This document shows positions 22,801 to 33,347 of a DNA stretch of 64,000 bases, in pieces. Both the position numbers and the translations under genes were made by a program. This DNA comes from Mytilus californianus (lineage: Eukaryota), in assembly GCF_021869535.1 (NCBI RefSeq), contig NW_026262679.1, forward strand, positions 41,416,001 to 41,480,000. Reading direction: 5' to 3'. How positions within the stretch are numbered: position 1 is the first letter of the stretch; every line of letters begins with the position of its first letter. Below the pieces are notes generated by a model. That model was not told the origin of the DNA, made no database searches, and saw nothing but the letters and a program-made list of their open reading frames with translations.

Positions 22801-25800
22801 ATGTATTTAGATTTTTTATTTGTGGGCCCCGCTATCAAATTGGTTCATATTGAGGTCAAAAGGGTCCAAAATTAAACTTTCTTTGATTTCATCAAAAATT
22901 GAATTATTAGGGTTCTTTGATATTCCAAATCTAACTGTATATTCTAGATTTTTAATTTTAAGTCCCGTTTTTTAAATTGGTCTACATTAAGGTCCAAAGG
23001 GTCCAAAATTAAACTTAGTTTGATTTTAGCAAAAATTGAATTCTTGGGGTTCTTTGATATGCTGAATCTAAACATGTGTTTAGATTTTTGATTATGGGCC
23101 CAGTTTTCAAGTTTGTCCAAGTTGGGGTCCAAAATTAAACTTTGTTTGATTTTAACAAAAATTGAATATATGGGGTTCTTTGATATGCTGAATCTAACCA
23201 TGTATTTTGATTTTGGACATTGGACCATAATAGGTAAATTAAAAAAATTCAAGTTCTTAGACCACATTCTTTCTGTGTCAGAAACCTATGCTGTGTCAAA
23301 TATTTAATAACAATCCAAATTCAGAGCTGTATCAAGCTTGAATGTTGTGTCCATACTTGCCCCAACTGTTCAGGGTTCGACCTCTGCGGTCGTATCAAGC
23401 TGCGCCCTAGCGAAGCATTTTATTTTTTTTGGCCTGACCTAAAATATGTCTGATCGAAATATTTTTTACAAATTGAAAAATTGCTGAATTTTTCGTTTCC
23501 GTTCTCTAACTTAAGTTTGCCTCAACCAAAGGTTATGAATCTTTTACACACGGCTTATTACTACAAAACACAGATCATGTTTGAATTTGGGTGCCGTCAC
23601 TTTTACCGTTCTAGAGTAATGCTCCTCTACAAATGGAAAAATTGCTGAATATTTCGTTACCGTTTTCTAACTTAAGTGGGGCCTCGGTGGCCGAGTGGTC
23701 TAAGTAGTCGAACTACTGTATCACTAGCCAGTCAACACTGAGGTTGTGAGTTCGAATCCCGCACGGGGCAGGTGCAGTCTACTCTGATCTTAATTGACTA
23801 GGATTGTCAGTTCCTACCGAAGATTGGTGGTTCTCTCTGGGCACTCCAGCTTCCTCCACCAAAAAAACTGACCGCCACGAAATAGCACAATAGTGTTGAA
23901 AGTGGCGTTAAACACCAATCAATCACTCAATCTAACTCAGATCAAATAGCAATTTAGGTAGCGTCACTTTATCTTACAGAAAACGTATATAAATATGATT
24001 TGATGAAAATTTAAAGAGGTAGTAATAAAGGTTTTAAGTGAAAAATCGTCAGAACCAGGTTGTTTGAACTAGTACACTTGTGCGCATGTACGCAGGTGTG
24101 AGATTAAATAATGCATCTGAATTTTCAAAAATGCTAAAAATATCATTGATACCTATATCTCACATTCATTTCGAGTCTTTTCCTGTAGAAATAATGCGTA
24201 AAGAGCTACTTAAACTCAAACGTGCTTTGTAAACGTACACAGATTTTATGTAACCTTCTCTGGTCTGTGTTTTACCATTGTCAAGTCAACATCCGGTAAT
24301 AGGAAAAGTACTTTTTAAAAACGAAAGTGAAGTTATTGACAGCGTAATATTGCACAAATAAAGAGTTTTAGGCAGATATTAATACGCTGATGTTGCACAC
24401 TTGAATGGTGCACTGTCAATTCAACAGTTAGTGCCAGAACATCGAATTTATATTAAAAATTAAGTCAAATACCGCTTTTGTGTCAATCATAATTTATATG
24501 ATGCCAAACTGATTACTATGGTTGCCTTTTGTTACTAAGTATTAAGGGATTAAAATCGAGATGACCAAAAAATGTCCGGCTGTCTCAAATATTTTTTGGA
24601 AGCCCTGGTTATGTCCCTTTATAACATTATATGCAAGCGGGGGCATCATCTATGTCCCATGGACACATTCCTCATTTATTTAATATCTATTTCAGAGAGC
24701 CACAAAGCATGCCAAATTTGTAAGAGATTTAGTCAGAGAAATTGCTGGTTTTGCCCCATATGAAAAAAGAATGCAGGAATTGTTGAGAATTTCAAAAGAT
24801 AAAAGGGCACTGAAATTTGCAAAAAGGAGGGTAGGTTTATATAAATATACACTTAATAAGAAGTTCATAATTTTACACTGTATTAAAAATTTAGTATCAA
24901 TTATGTTTGAACATGTAAGTATAAATGAAAAGAGATGTATACATTACAGACAACGGGATACAGTTAAAAAGCTCTCCGGTTGGTAATGAGTAATTTGACA
25001 TGTTACAACTGTGATTGACAGGGAAATACGATGATTGCTGAACTTTGATTAAATCCTGTCATACCCAACTGGTTTCAAAGGGGAAGTGAAAAAAAAAGGA
25101 AAAAATAAATTAAATTCAACACTCGAGTTTAAAAAAAATGTTGGTAACTGTATGTTAAAAAGTGGTTGGTATATAATTGAAGTTGAAAAAATGTTTATCT
25201 CGAGAAAAAAATACCCCCCTCACTAAAGATGAATGGTCGGTAGAATATTTGCTTATAGTTCCTCATGTTTATGTGGGGTTGTCAGTCTTATTTCGGGCGT
25301 ATTTCTTTAAACTTTGTAAACTGAAAACATTTACTAGTTCTGTCTGGTTACTGACAAACATTGTACTATGTAGACTGGTAATTTTTTTTAGTGAAAAGCC
25401 GTGTTTACACATCATTATACTCCTTAGAAACCTTTATTACTTACAATTCCAATAAAATGCTCTACAAATTATGTCAATATAAAAAAAGTTCACCAAAACA
25501 AATTTACACTTGTCAAGTTGTCCAACTACTTTTGAATGTATTGCAAAAAGTCCTGTTAAAATTGGGATTTTTATTTGTTTTGTAAAAGCAGATTGAATTG
25601 ATAAATATAACCAAAAAGAAACAAGGCTGGGAGTATAGGTAGGTCCAAGCAAAAGGACCTAAGTGGTTGCTTCTTCCCTATTTTTTCCAATGAGCCTATA
25701 GACCTGAGCAAACTTTTAAAATTGGGCGATTTGATTCTTTGTAGGCGAAAAATAGAAGTAACATATAGTTTAATTATATGCTTAATTTTTACAGCTCGGA

Positions 25801-25881
25801 ACACACTTTAGAGGAAAGAAGAAGAGGGAAGAAATGCAATCAGTCTTACAGAAGATGAGGAAAGCTCAACAACATAAATAA
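19706..25881 (+). CDS. RPL36: 60S ribosomal protein L36 (eL36), join(19706..19807,24696..24830,25795..25881), 107 aa
   Basis: [19 protein letters not shown]...[73 protein letters not shown]; canonical GT-AG, all phase 0; AATAAA at 25888-25893. Confidence 0.97.
20536..23423 (+). mobile_element. Helentron-type element family B, copy 1 (2.9 kb), in RPL36 intron
   Basis: 5' hairpin tatacgaccgc..gtggtcgtata, (CGT)n microsatellite, 12 internal ~126-137-bp repeats, 3' subterminal IR tgcggtcgtat (23385-23395) then a short hairpin and T-rich end. Confidence 0.85.
23678..23930 (+). mobile_element. tRNA-derived SINE with V-domain-like core
   Basis: Pol III A box TGGCCGAGTGG (23688-23698), B box AGTTCGAATCC (23749-23759), core ggttctctctgggcactccagcttcctccacc, tail gaaagtggcgttaaacacc(aatc)n. 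Confidence 0.75.
24696..24830 (+). CDS. RPL36: RPL36 coding exon 2
   Basis: atttcag|AGA...AGG|gtaggt; GFAPYE and KDKRALKF motifs. Confidence 0.96.
25795..25881 (+). CDS. RPL36: RPL36 coding exon 3
   Basis: ttttacag|CTCGGA...TAA; LGTH..KKKREE motif. Confidence 0.96.
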   Translation, partial: LGTHFRGKKKREEMQSVLQKMRKAQQHK

Positions 25882-26135
25882 ACTGCAAATAAATTAATAG
25901 AAAAAATCTGATGGTTTTGTTGCAAATGCTGAAAAAGACGTGTAGCATCCCTTTTATCCCTTGATTGTCTAACTATGCCATTGTTTACAGCTCCCCTCCC
26001 CAAAATACACATTTTGGTGTAGGTTTGGGTTAAAACTGACTTGTTTCAACGTCTTTCATGATTATATTGTCTTGCTTTTGACATAGGTGTTGCTTTTATG
26101 GCAACAGGCGTTGTTGGCGTCAATAATGGTTTAGT

Positions 26136-26400
26136 TTTCTGCTTAAGTTCGTTTGATAGGAACTTCTCATGATAGACAATATTTCTAAAAAGTTGCATTA
26201 CTATCAGTATATATCAGTTTGACGACTATTTCGAGGCCATGGTCAAGCGATTTCAATTAATCAGCAATTTTCAATGTTAAGTTTTCTGCTTAAGTCCGTT
26301 TGATAGGAACTTCTCATGATAGACAATGATATTTCTAAAAAGTTGCATTACTATCGGTACATCTCAGTTTGACAACCATTTCGAGGCCCTGCCCCCTTGG
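26136..26400. repeat. ~145-bp tandem duplication within a decayed interspersed repeat
   Basis: ttttctgcttaagt..tttgataggaacttctcatgatagacaat..ttgcattactatc..tttcgaggcc present twice. Confidence 0.7.
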
Positions 26401-27527
26401 TCATGGTCCAGTGACTTCACTTTGAAATAATTAGCATTATTGCTGTTAATCAGATTGTCTTTTCTGAATTTTCAGGTGATAGGCTAGACATATCTCTTTT
26501 TCAACAGTTTATTTGTCAATTATTGGAATTGTAACTGCTAAACAATGTAAATGTCTGTAGTAAGCACTTTTTTATGATCCACCTAACAAACACTTTGTAC
26601 AACCAATCTCTAGCATTTTTTGAAAACCCCCTCAAAAGGCTACTTTGCATATGCTACACTATGCTAAATACCAAAACTTGCAGACAGAGTTCGAATTTGG
26701 GCAGTAAGTCCAGGGGTGTGGAAATATTTGTTGTGACCAGTTGTCCCCAGGCAAGTGAAATTGTAAATTTGACTTGTCCTGAAGTAAAGTTACTTACCCT
26801 GATTTCTTAATGAATTTTGGAATGAATAAAACGTATTTAACTGTAAACGTGTATGTTTCTAAAACAGTTTTGAAACACCATGAAAATGGTCCATGTTTGT
26901 ATGTTAAAATGATGAAAAGATAAGTAGAGTATACATTAATGAGATAAAAACCACCCAAAAAACAACTTGAAACTAAGGAATCTAGAGGTCAATTTTGCAA
27001 TGTTTTTCGATGCTAGCTTACTTGAACCTGGGAGATTGTATCATGACTTATATTTTCTTAACTGTGAGTCTGTGCAAAGTTTTAAAGTTAACGAAGAGAT
27101 GAAAACCAAAAAGTTGATGAATTGTTGTTTGCACCCACCCACCCTTTCCCCTTCCCCCAAAAAAATTTTGGTAGGCCAATTGTAAAATGAGAATTTGTTT
27201 AGATAACTAAGCGAAATCAAAACATTATAGAACTTTAAAATCCTCTATTCAATTTATTTTAATACCATTTGTCCATTGCCACTTCTGATTTCCGTTTCTA
27301 GTAAAAACCAAGGCACCTCTTCTCCTTTGGTCAACTTCTGAGCGATGACCTATCTAAAGATGCTTATCCATTGAACTTGACTGGTCGTTTACTTTTTATT
27401 CTTGAGAAATCAGAGCTTGAAATTAATAATGACCATTTCCAGTGTATCGTTGCTATAACCTGATCGATGATCCAGGATCAATGGAAAAAAAATGGCAGAT
27501 TATTAATGAAACCCGGGTCTGCATACT

Positions 27528-30500
27528 TATTAGTCCCCTACCGACGAAGTCGAAGGGGACTTTAGGTTTGCACTCTGTCCGTCTGTCTGTCCATCCATCA
27601 GTCCGGCACCTCAGCTTTCCACACTTTTTTTCTTCGTTCTTAAAGATATTGATTTGATATTTGGTATATAGTTTTATCATGACAAGTTATAGATCAAGTT
27701 CGAATTTTGTTCCGGTCTGATGATTTAGTCCAGAGTTATGGTCCATAAAAAAACTCCACAACTAATGTTAGAGTACTATGTTAAACCATATATCTGTACA
27801 AAGGGAGATAACTCATTTTTATACGACCGCAAAAAAATTTTGTGGTCGTATATTGGTATGACGTTGGCGTCGTCCGAATACGTATTGGTTTTCGCACTCT
27901 AACTTTAGTTTAAGTGAATGGATCTTTTTGAAATTTGACCATAAGGTTAAATACCACAAAAGGAAGGTTGGGATTGATTTTGGGGGTTATGGTACCAACA
28001 GTTAAGGAATTAGGGGCCAAAAATGAGCATTTTCTAGTTTCCAGACAATAACTGTGGAACGGTGTATGGATCTCTCTGAAATTATACTACAAGTTTCCAT
28101 ACCACAAAGGAATGGTTAGGATTTGCTTTGGGGGGTTATGGCTCAAACCGTTTAGGAATTAGGGGGAAAAACAAGGTTGTCCTGGTTAATGGACAAATAC
28201 TTTAGTACAAAACATAATTTAAAGCAGTGTAAGGGAGATAAATCAAATACATCATTGAAATTATCTCCCTTACACTGCTTTTAAATTATGTATAAAGTAA
28301 TGGTTAATGAACAATAAAGATAATCTAAAACAGTGTAAGGGAGGTAATCCAAATACAACGTTTTGGTTACTTCCCTTACACTGCTTTTAAATTATGTTTA
28401 AAGAAATGCATATTTATAAAGGAAGACCAGTAAAAATATCTGCAAATGTTTTCATCTTTTTTTTTTACAAAAAAATCCATATGAAAGATTTGACACTATA
28501 TTTTTATTAATTCTATTATAAAATAGATTAAGTTAGCACTATGGTAAATTTAAATGGGTAATTATGGTTGCCAACTCCATTGGAAATTTGAATTGAGATT
28601 ATGACCATATCTTGAGGGAAAGAATTTTTTTGGGGGAAAAAGGGGGGGGGGGGGATAAAAAGAAATTGTGGGGGGCCAATTTTTTCTCATTTCAGATTTC
28701 AGAAATTAAAAAGAATTATTCTTCAAATATTATTTTTTTTTCAAATTTCAAATATTGAAAAATTTCAAGAAGTAATCTTTAATTGCACAGTATGGCGCAT
28801 TAGATTTGTAAAATCTTTGATCACATTTATTTATTTGTTATGCCGAATCTAACAGTGTATTTAGATTTTTAATTTTGGGTCCAGTTTTCAAATTGGTCTA
28901 CATTAATGTCCAAAGGGTCCAAAATTAAACTTTGTTTGATTTTAGCAAAAATTGAATTTATGAGGTTCTTTGATATGCTGAATCTAAACATGTATTTAGA
29001 TTTTTGATTTTTGGCCCAGTTTTCAAGTTGGTCCAAATTGGGGTCCAAAATTAAACTTTGTTTGATTTCAACAAAAATTGAATATATGGGGTTCTTTGAT
29101 ATGCTGAATCTAACCATGTATTTAGATTTTTTATTTGTGGACCCCGTTATCTAATTGGTTCATATTGAGGTCAAAAGGGTCCAAAATTAAACTTTGTTTG
29201 ATTTCATCTAAAATTGAATTATTGGGGTTCTTTGATATTCCAAATCTAACCGTGTATTTAGGTTTTTAATTTTGGGTCCTGTTTTTTAAATTGATCTACA
29301 TTGAGGTCCAAAGGGTCCAAAATTAAACTTAGTTTGATTTTGACAAAAATTGAATTCTTGGGGTTCTTTGATTTGCTGAATCTAAACATGTGTTTAGATT
29401 TTTGATTATGGGCCCAGTTTTCAAGTTGGTCCAAGATAGGGTCCAGTATTTAAACTTTGTTTGATTTCAACAAAAATTGAATATATGGGGTTCTTTGATA
29501 TGCTGAATCTAAACATGTATTTAGATTTTTGATTATGGGCCCAGTTTTCAAGTTGGTCCAAATTGGGGTCCAAAATTAAACTTTGTTTGATTTCAACAAA
29601 AATTGAATATATGAGGTTCTTTGATATGCTGAATCTAACCATGTATTTAGATTTTTTATTTGTAGGCCCCGCTATCAAATTGGTTCATATTGAGGTCAAA
29701 AGGGTCCAAAATTAAACTTTGTTTGATTTCATCGAAAATTGAATTATTGGGGTTCTTTGATATGCCAAATCTAACCGTATTTTTAATTTGGGTCCCGTTT
29801 TTTAAATTGGTCTTCATTGAGGTCCGAAGGGTCCAAAATTAAACTTAGTTTGATTTTAACAAAAATTGAATTCTTGGGGTTCTTTGATATGCTGAATCTA
29901 AACATGTGTTTAGATTTTTGATTGTGGGCCCAGTTTTCAAGTTGGTCCAAGTTGGGGTCCAAAATTAAACTTTTTTTGATTTCAACAAAAATTGAATATA
30001 TGGGGTTCTTTGATATGCTGAATCTAACCATGTATTTAGATTTTTTATTAGTGGGCCCCACTATCAAATTGCTTCATATTGAGGTCAAAAGGGTCCAAAA
30101 TTAAACTTTGTTTGATTTCATCAAAAATTGAATTATTGGGGTTCTTTGATATTCCAAATCTAACCGTGTATTTAGATTTTTAATTTTAAGTCATGTTTTT
30201 AAATTGGTCTACATTAAGGTCCAAAGGGTCCAAAATTAAACTTAGTTTGATTTTAGCAAAAATTGAATTCTTGGGGTTCTTTGATATGCTGAATCTAAAC
30301 ATGTGTTTAGATTTTTGATTATGGGCCCAGTTTTCAAGTTTGTCCAAGTTGGGGTCCAAAATTAAACTTTGTTTGATTTTAACAAAAATTGAATATATGG
30401 GGTTCTTTGATATGCTGAATCTAACCATGTATTTTGATTTTGGACATTGGACCATAATAGGTAAATTAAAAAAATTCAAGTTCTTAGACCACATTCTTTC

Positions 30501-30735
30501 TGTGTCAGAAACCTATGCTGTGTCAAATATTTAATAACAATCCAAATTCAGAGCTGTATCAAGCTTGAATGTTGTGTCCATACTTGCCCCAACTGTTCAG
30601 GGTTCGACCTCTGCGGTCGTATCAAGCTGCGCCCCAGCGAAGCATTTTATTTTAAAAGACATTCTTTGGTAAATTGATTGAGGAATTTTGTGGCAGGTTT
30701 ATATGTTATTTTGTATAAACTATTTTTCTGAATGT

Positions 30736-30766
<31 letters not shown>

Positions 30767-31362
30767 TTTGTTAAGTGAAATCCTTTAATTAGATGATAAT
30801 CTATTTATATTAAGGTATATATTTCATTACATTACATTGTGTAGATAAAAGTTGTTGACATTTTATAGATAAGTTACAAATCTATATTAGTTTGTGACAA
30901 ATGAAAGAAAAAATATTTGGAACTATTAATTATATTTGATTGTAATTTGAAATTAGATATACATTGTATTACATCATATCTAATTTTAGAGAACTATTAA
31001 TCATATCTAATGTTAAAGTGTTATAGGTTTTCCACACTTTTTTTCATCATGCTTGAAGATATTGATTGACAATTGGTCTATAGTTTTATCATGACAAGTT
31101 ACAGATCAAGTTCAAATTTTGTTTCGGTCTGATAATTTGGTGCAGAGTTATGTTCCTTGGACTTGAAAAAATTCACTCATATACAGTTTTCCACACTGTT
31201 TTTAGTAATGCTTGAAGATATTGACAGTAATTGACTTGATATTTTCTTTTTTGTTTACACCATGACAAGTTATAGAACAAGTTAGCATTTTGTTCCAGTA
31301 TAATGAATTTTTACCTGGTAGGGGACTATGTATTGCCATGCAATACTCTCAGAATGCTTGTT
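27528..31362 (+). mobile_element. Helentron-type family A, copy 1, interrupted by nested insertions
   Basis: 5' tagtcccctaccg + GTCY microsatellite; internal repeats resume at ~31025; 3' ggtaggggacta + tattgccatgcaata hairpin + cttgtt. Confidence 0.7.
27819..30650 (+). mobile_element. Helentron-type family B, copy 2 (2.8 kb)
   Basis: Nearly colinear with 20536-23423, with the same termini and the same 12-unit order but different flanks. Confidence 0.85.
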
Positions 31363-31809
31363 TTTTGTTGTTTGATAATCGATTTATTTCTTGGTCATTG
31401 ATATTGTTTTACTTAACATGTTGCTTTTGTCTTGTTATTTGATATTTTCTACTTTGATAAATAAATTTTGAGGACTTTTCTATATGGTTACATGAATAAA
31501 CAGTCAAGCAATATTTTTTTTTACATGTCCACAGGCAACAAAGACACAATAAACTGCTTGTCCGGTCTGTCAAATGTACTAGTCGGGCGAGTTGGGCATA
31601 TCATTTCTACACCCCTGAAGTCACTTACAGTTCTAGAGTTATGCCCCTTTATATATTGGAAAATTGCTAATTTTGTCATTTCTGCACTTAAACTTGAGTT
31701 CCCCTCATCAAATTTTCTGAAACTCGTACACAATGCTAAGAACCACAACACGCAGACAGAGTTCGAATTTGGGTTGTGAGTCAGTTACCGTTCTAGAAGT
31801 ATGTCCCTT

Positions 31810-32675
31810 ATTGTCCCCCACGCAATGCGTTGCGGGGGACATAGAAACACTGGGCATCCGTCTGTGCATCCGTCCGTCCGGTCTTATTAGCGCTCTAATG
31901 TGTACAAATCTTGCCAGATTTTTATGAAACTTGTATCATAGGTTTATATCAGCAGTCTTTGACGAGTTCAAAAATCAGTGCTGATCAATTATTTTTAAAT
32001 TTCCCTTGGAAACATTAAATATATGGAAAATTACATTGTTAGCGCTCTCATGTGTTCAATTCTTGCCAGAATTTGATGAAACTTAAATCATAGGTTTATA
32101 TTAGCAATGTCTGACAAGTTCGAAAATCAGTGACGATAAAAATTCTAAAAGAATTATGCCCCTTGGAAATATTAATTATATGGACAATTGCCTTATGAGT
32201 GCTCTAATGTGTATAATCTGGCCAGATTTTTATAAAACTTATATTATAGGTTTATATCATCAATGTCTTTGACGAGTTCCAAAAAAATCAGTGCCGATCA
32301 ATTATTTTTAAAAGAGTTGGGGGGGGGGGGCCCTTGGAAATATTGATTACATGGAAAATTGCATTGTCAGCGTTCTCGTGTGTACAATTACTGCCAGAAT
32401 TTTATGAAACTTATATCATAGGTTTATATCAGCAATGTCTTTTGACACTTCGAAAAATTAGTGCTGATCAACTATTTTTAACGAGTTATGCCCCTTGGAA
32501 ATATTAACTATAATGGAAATCACATTGCATTTGCTGTGAAGCCTTCATTTCTCTAAGATATTAATAAAAAGTTTTAAAGAACAAAAAAAAAGTGCTTATT
32601 TTAGTTATTGCCCTTGTACCTTGGATAGATAAAATATGTGCAACGTGGGGGACATTGGAACTCTGTTTTTTTATT
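31810..32675 (+). mobile_element. Helentron-type family D with ~155-170-bp internal repeats
   Basis: Subterminal IR tgtcccccacg (31812) / cgtgggggaca (32644), GTCC microsatellite, ~4 repeat units. Confidence 0.65.
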
Positions 32676-32737
32676 AACTTGGAAACAATTGCAAAGCTTG
32701 AGCAGGGACATAAATGTCCTCAGAAACATTCTTCTTT

Positions 32738-33152
32738 TATTAGTCTCCTATCGACAAAGTCGAAGGGGACTTTAGGTTTGCACTCCGTCCGTCTGTCTGT
32801 TCATCCGTCAGTCCGGCAAATCAGTTTTCCACACTTTTTTTCTTCGTGCTTGAAGATATTGATTTGATATTTGGTGTATTGTTTTATCATGACAAGTTAC
32901 AGATCAAGTTCGAATTTTGTTCGATTCTGACGATTTTGTGCAGAGTTATGGTCCTTGAACTTAGAAAATTCACTCAAATAATCAATTTTCCATATTATTT
33001 TTCGTCGTGCTTGAAGATATTGACTTGATATTTGTTATAAAGTTTACACCATGACAAGTTATAGATCAAGTTAGCATTTTGTTCCAGTACAATGAATTTT
33101 TAACCGGTAGGGGACTATGTATTGCCAGGCAATAGTCACAGAAGGCTTGTTT
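32738..33152 (+). mobile_element. Helentron-type family A, copy 2 (intact, short)
   Basis: 5' tagtctcctatcg + GTCY microsatellite, two internal units, 3' cggtaggggacta + tattgccaggcaata hairpin. Confidence 0.75.
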
Positions 33153-33347
33153 TTAAAAGAGTTGTGCCCCTTGGAAATATTGATTATATTGGAAATTGCA
33201 TTGCATTTGCTCTCAAGCCTTCATTTCTCCCAAGATATTTATAAAAAGTTTTAAAAAAGGAGGGGAAAAAAAGTGTTTTTAGTAGTTGTTGCCCTTTGAC
33301 AGATCAAATATGTGCAACGTGGGGGACATTGAAAATCTGTTCTTTTA

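Noticed and set aside
21643-23307. Several 64-107-aa ORFs ([14 protein letters not shown]... repeats), also at 28869-30534 and 36365-36673
   Set aside because: They are translations of the family-B satellite units, broken by stops and frameshifts at different places in each copy; no protein family signature.
23678-23765. tRNA gene
   Set aside because: Has A/B boxes but no proper acceptor stem or cloverleaf, and continues into a SINE core and tail.
24330-24430. Branched stem-loop (ttgacag/ctgtcaa, cagcgta/tacgctg, tgcac/gtgca) in RPL36 intron, and hairpin at ~25017-25063
   Set aside because: Geometry does not fit C/D or H/ACA snoRNA rules; short stems are expected by chance in AT-rich DNA.
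25625-25766. Possible H/ACA snoRNA in RPL36 last intron (two hairpins, ACA 3' of the second; caatga could pair with 28S UCAUUG)
   Set aside because: No ANANNA H box between the hairpins, the hairpins overlap, and the other half of the guide pocket pairs poorly. snoReport/Infernal plus small-RNA reads would be decisive.
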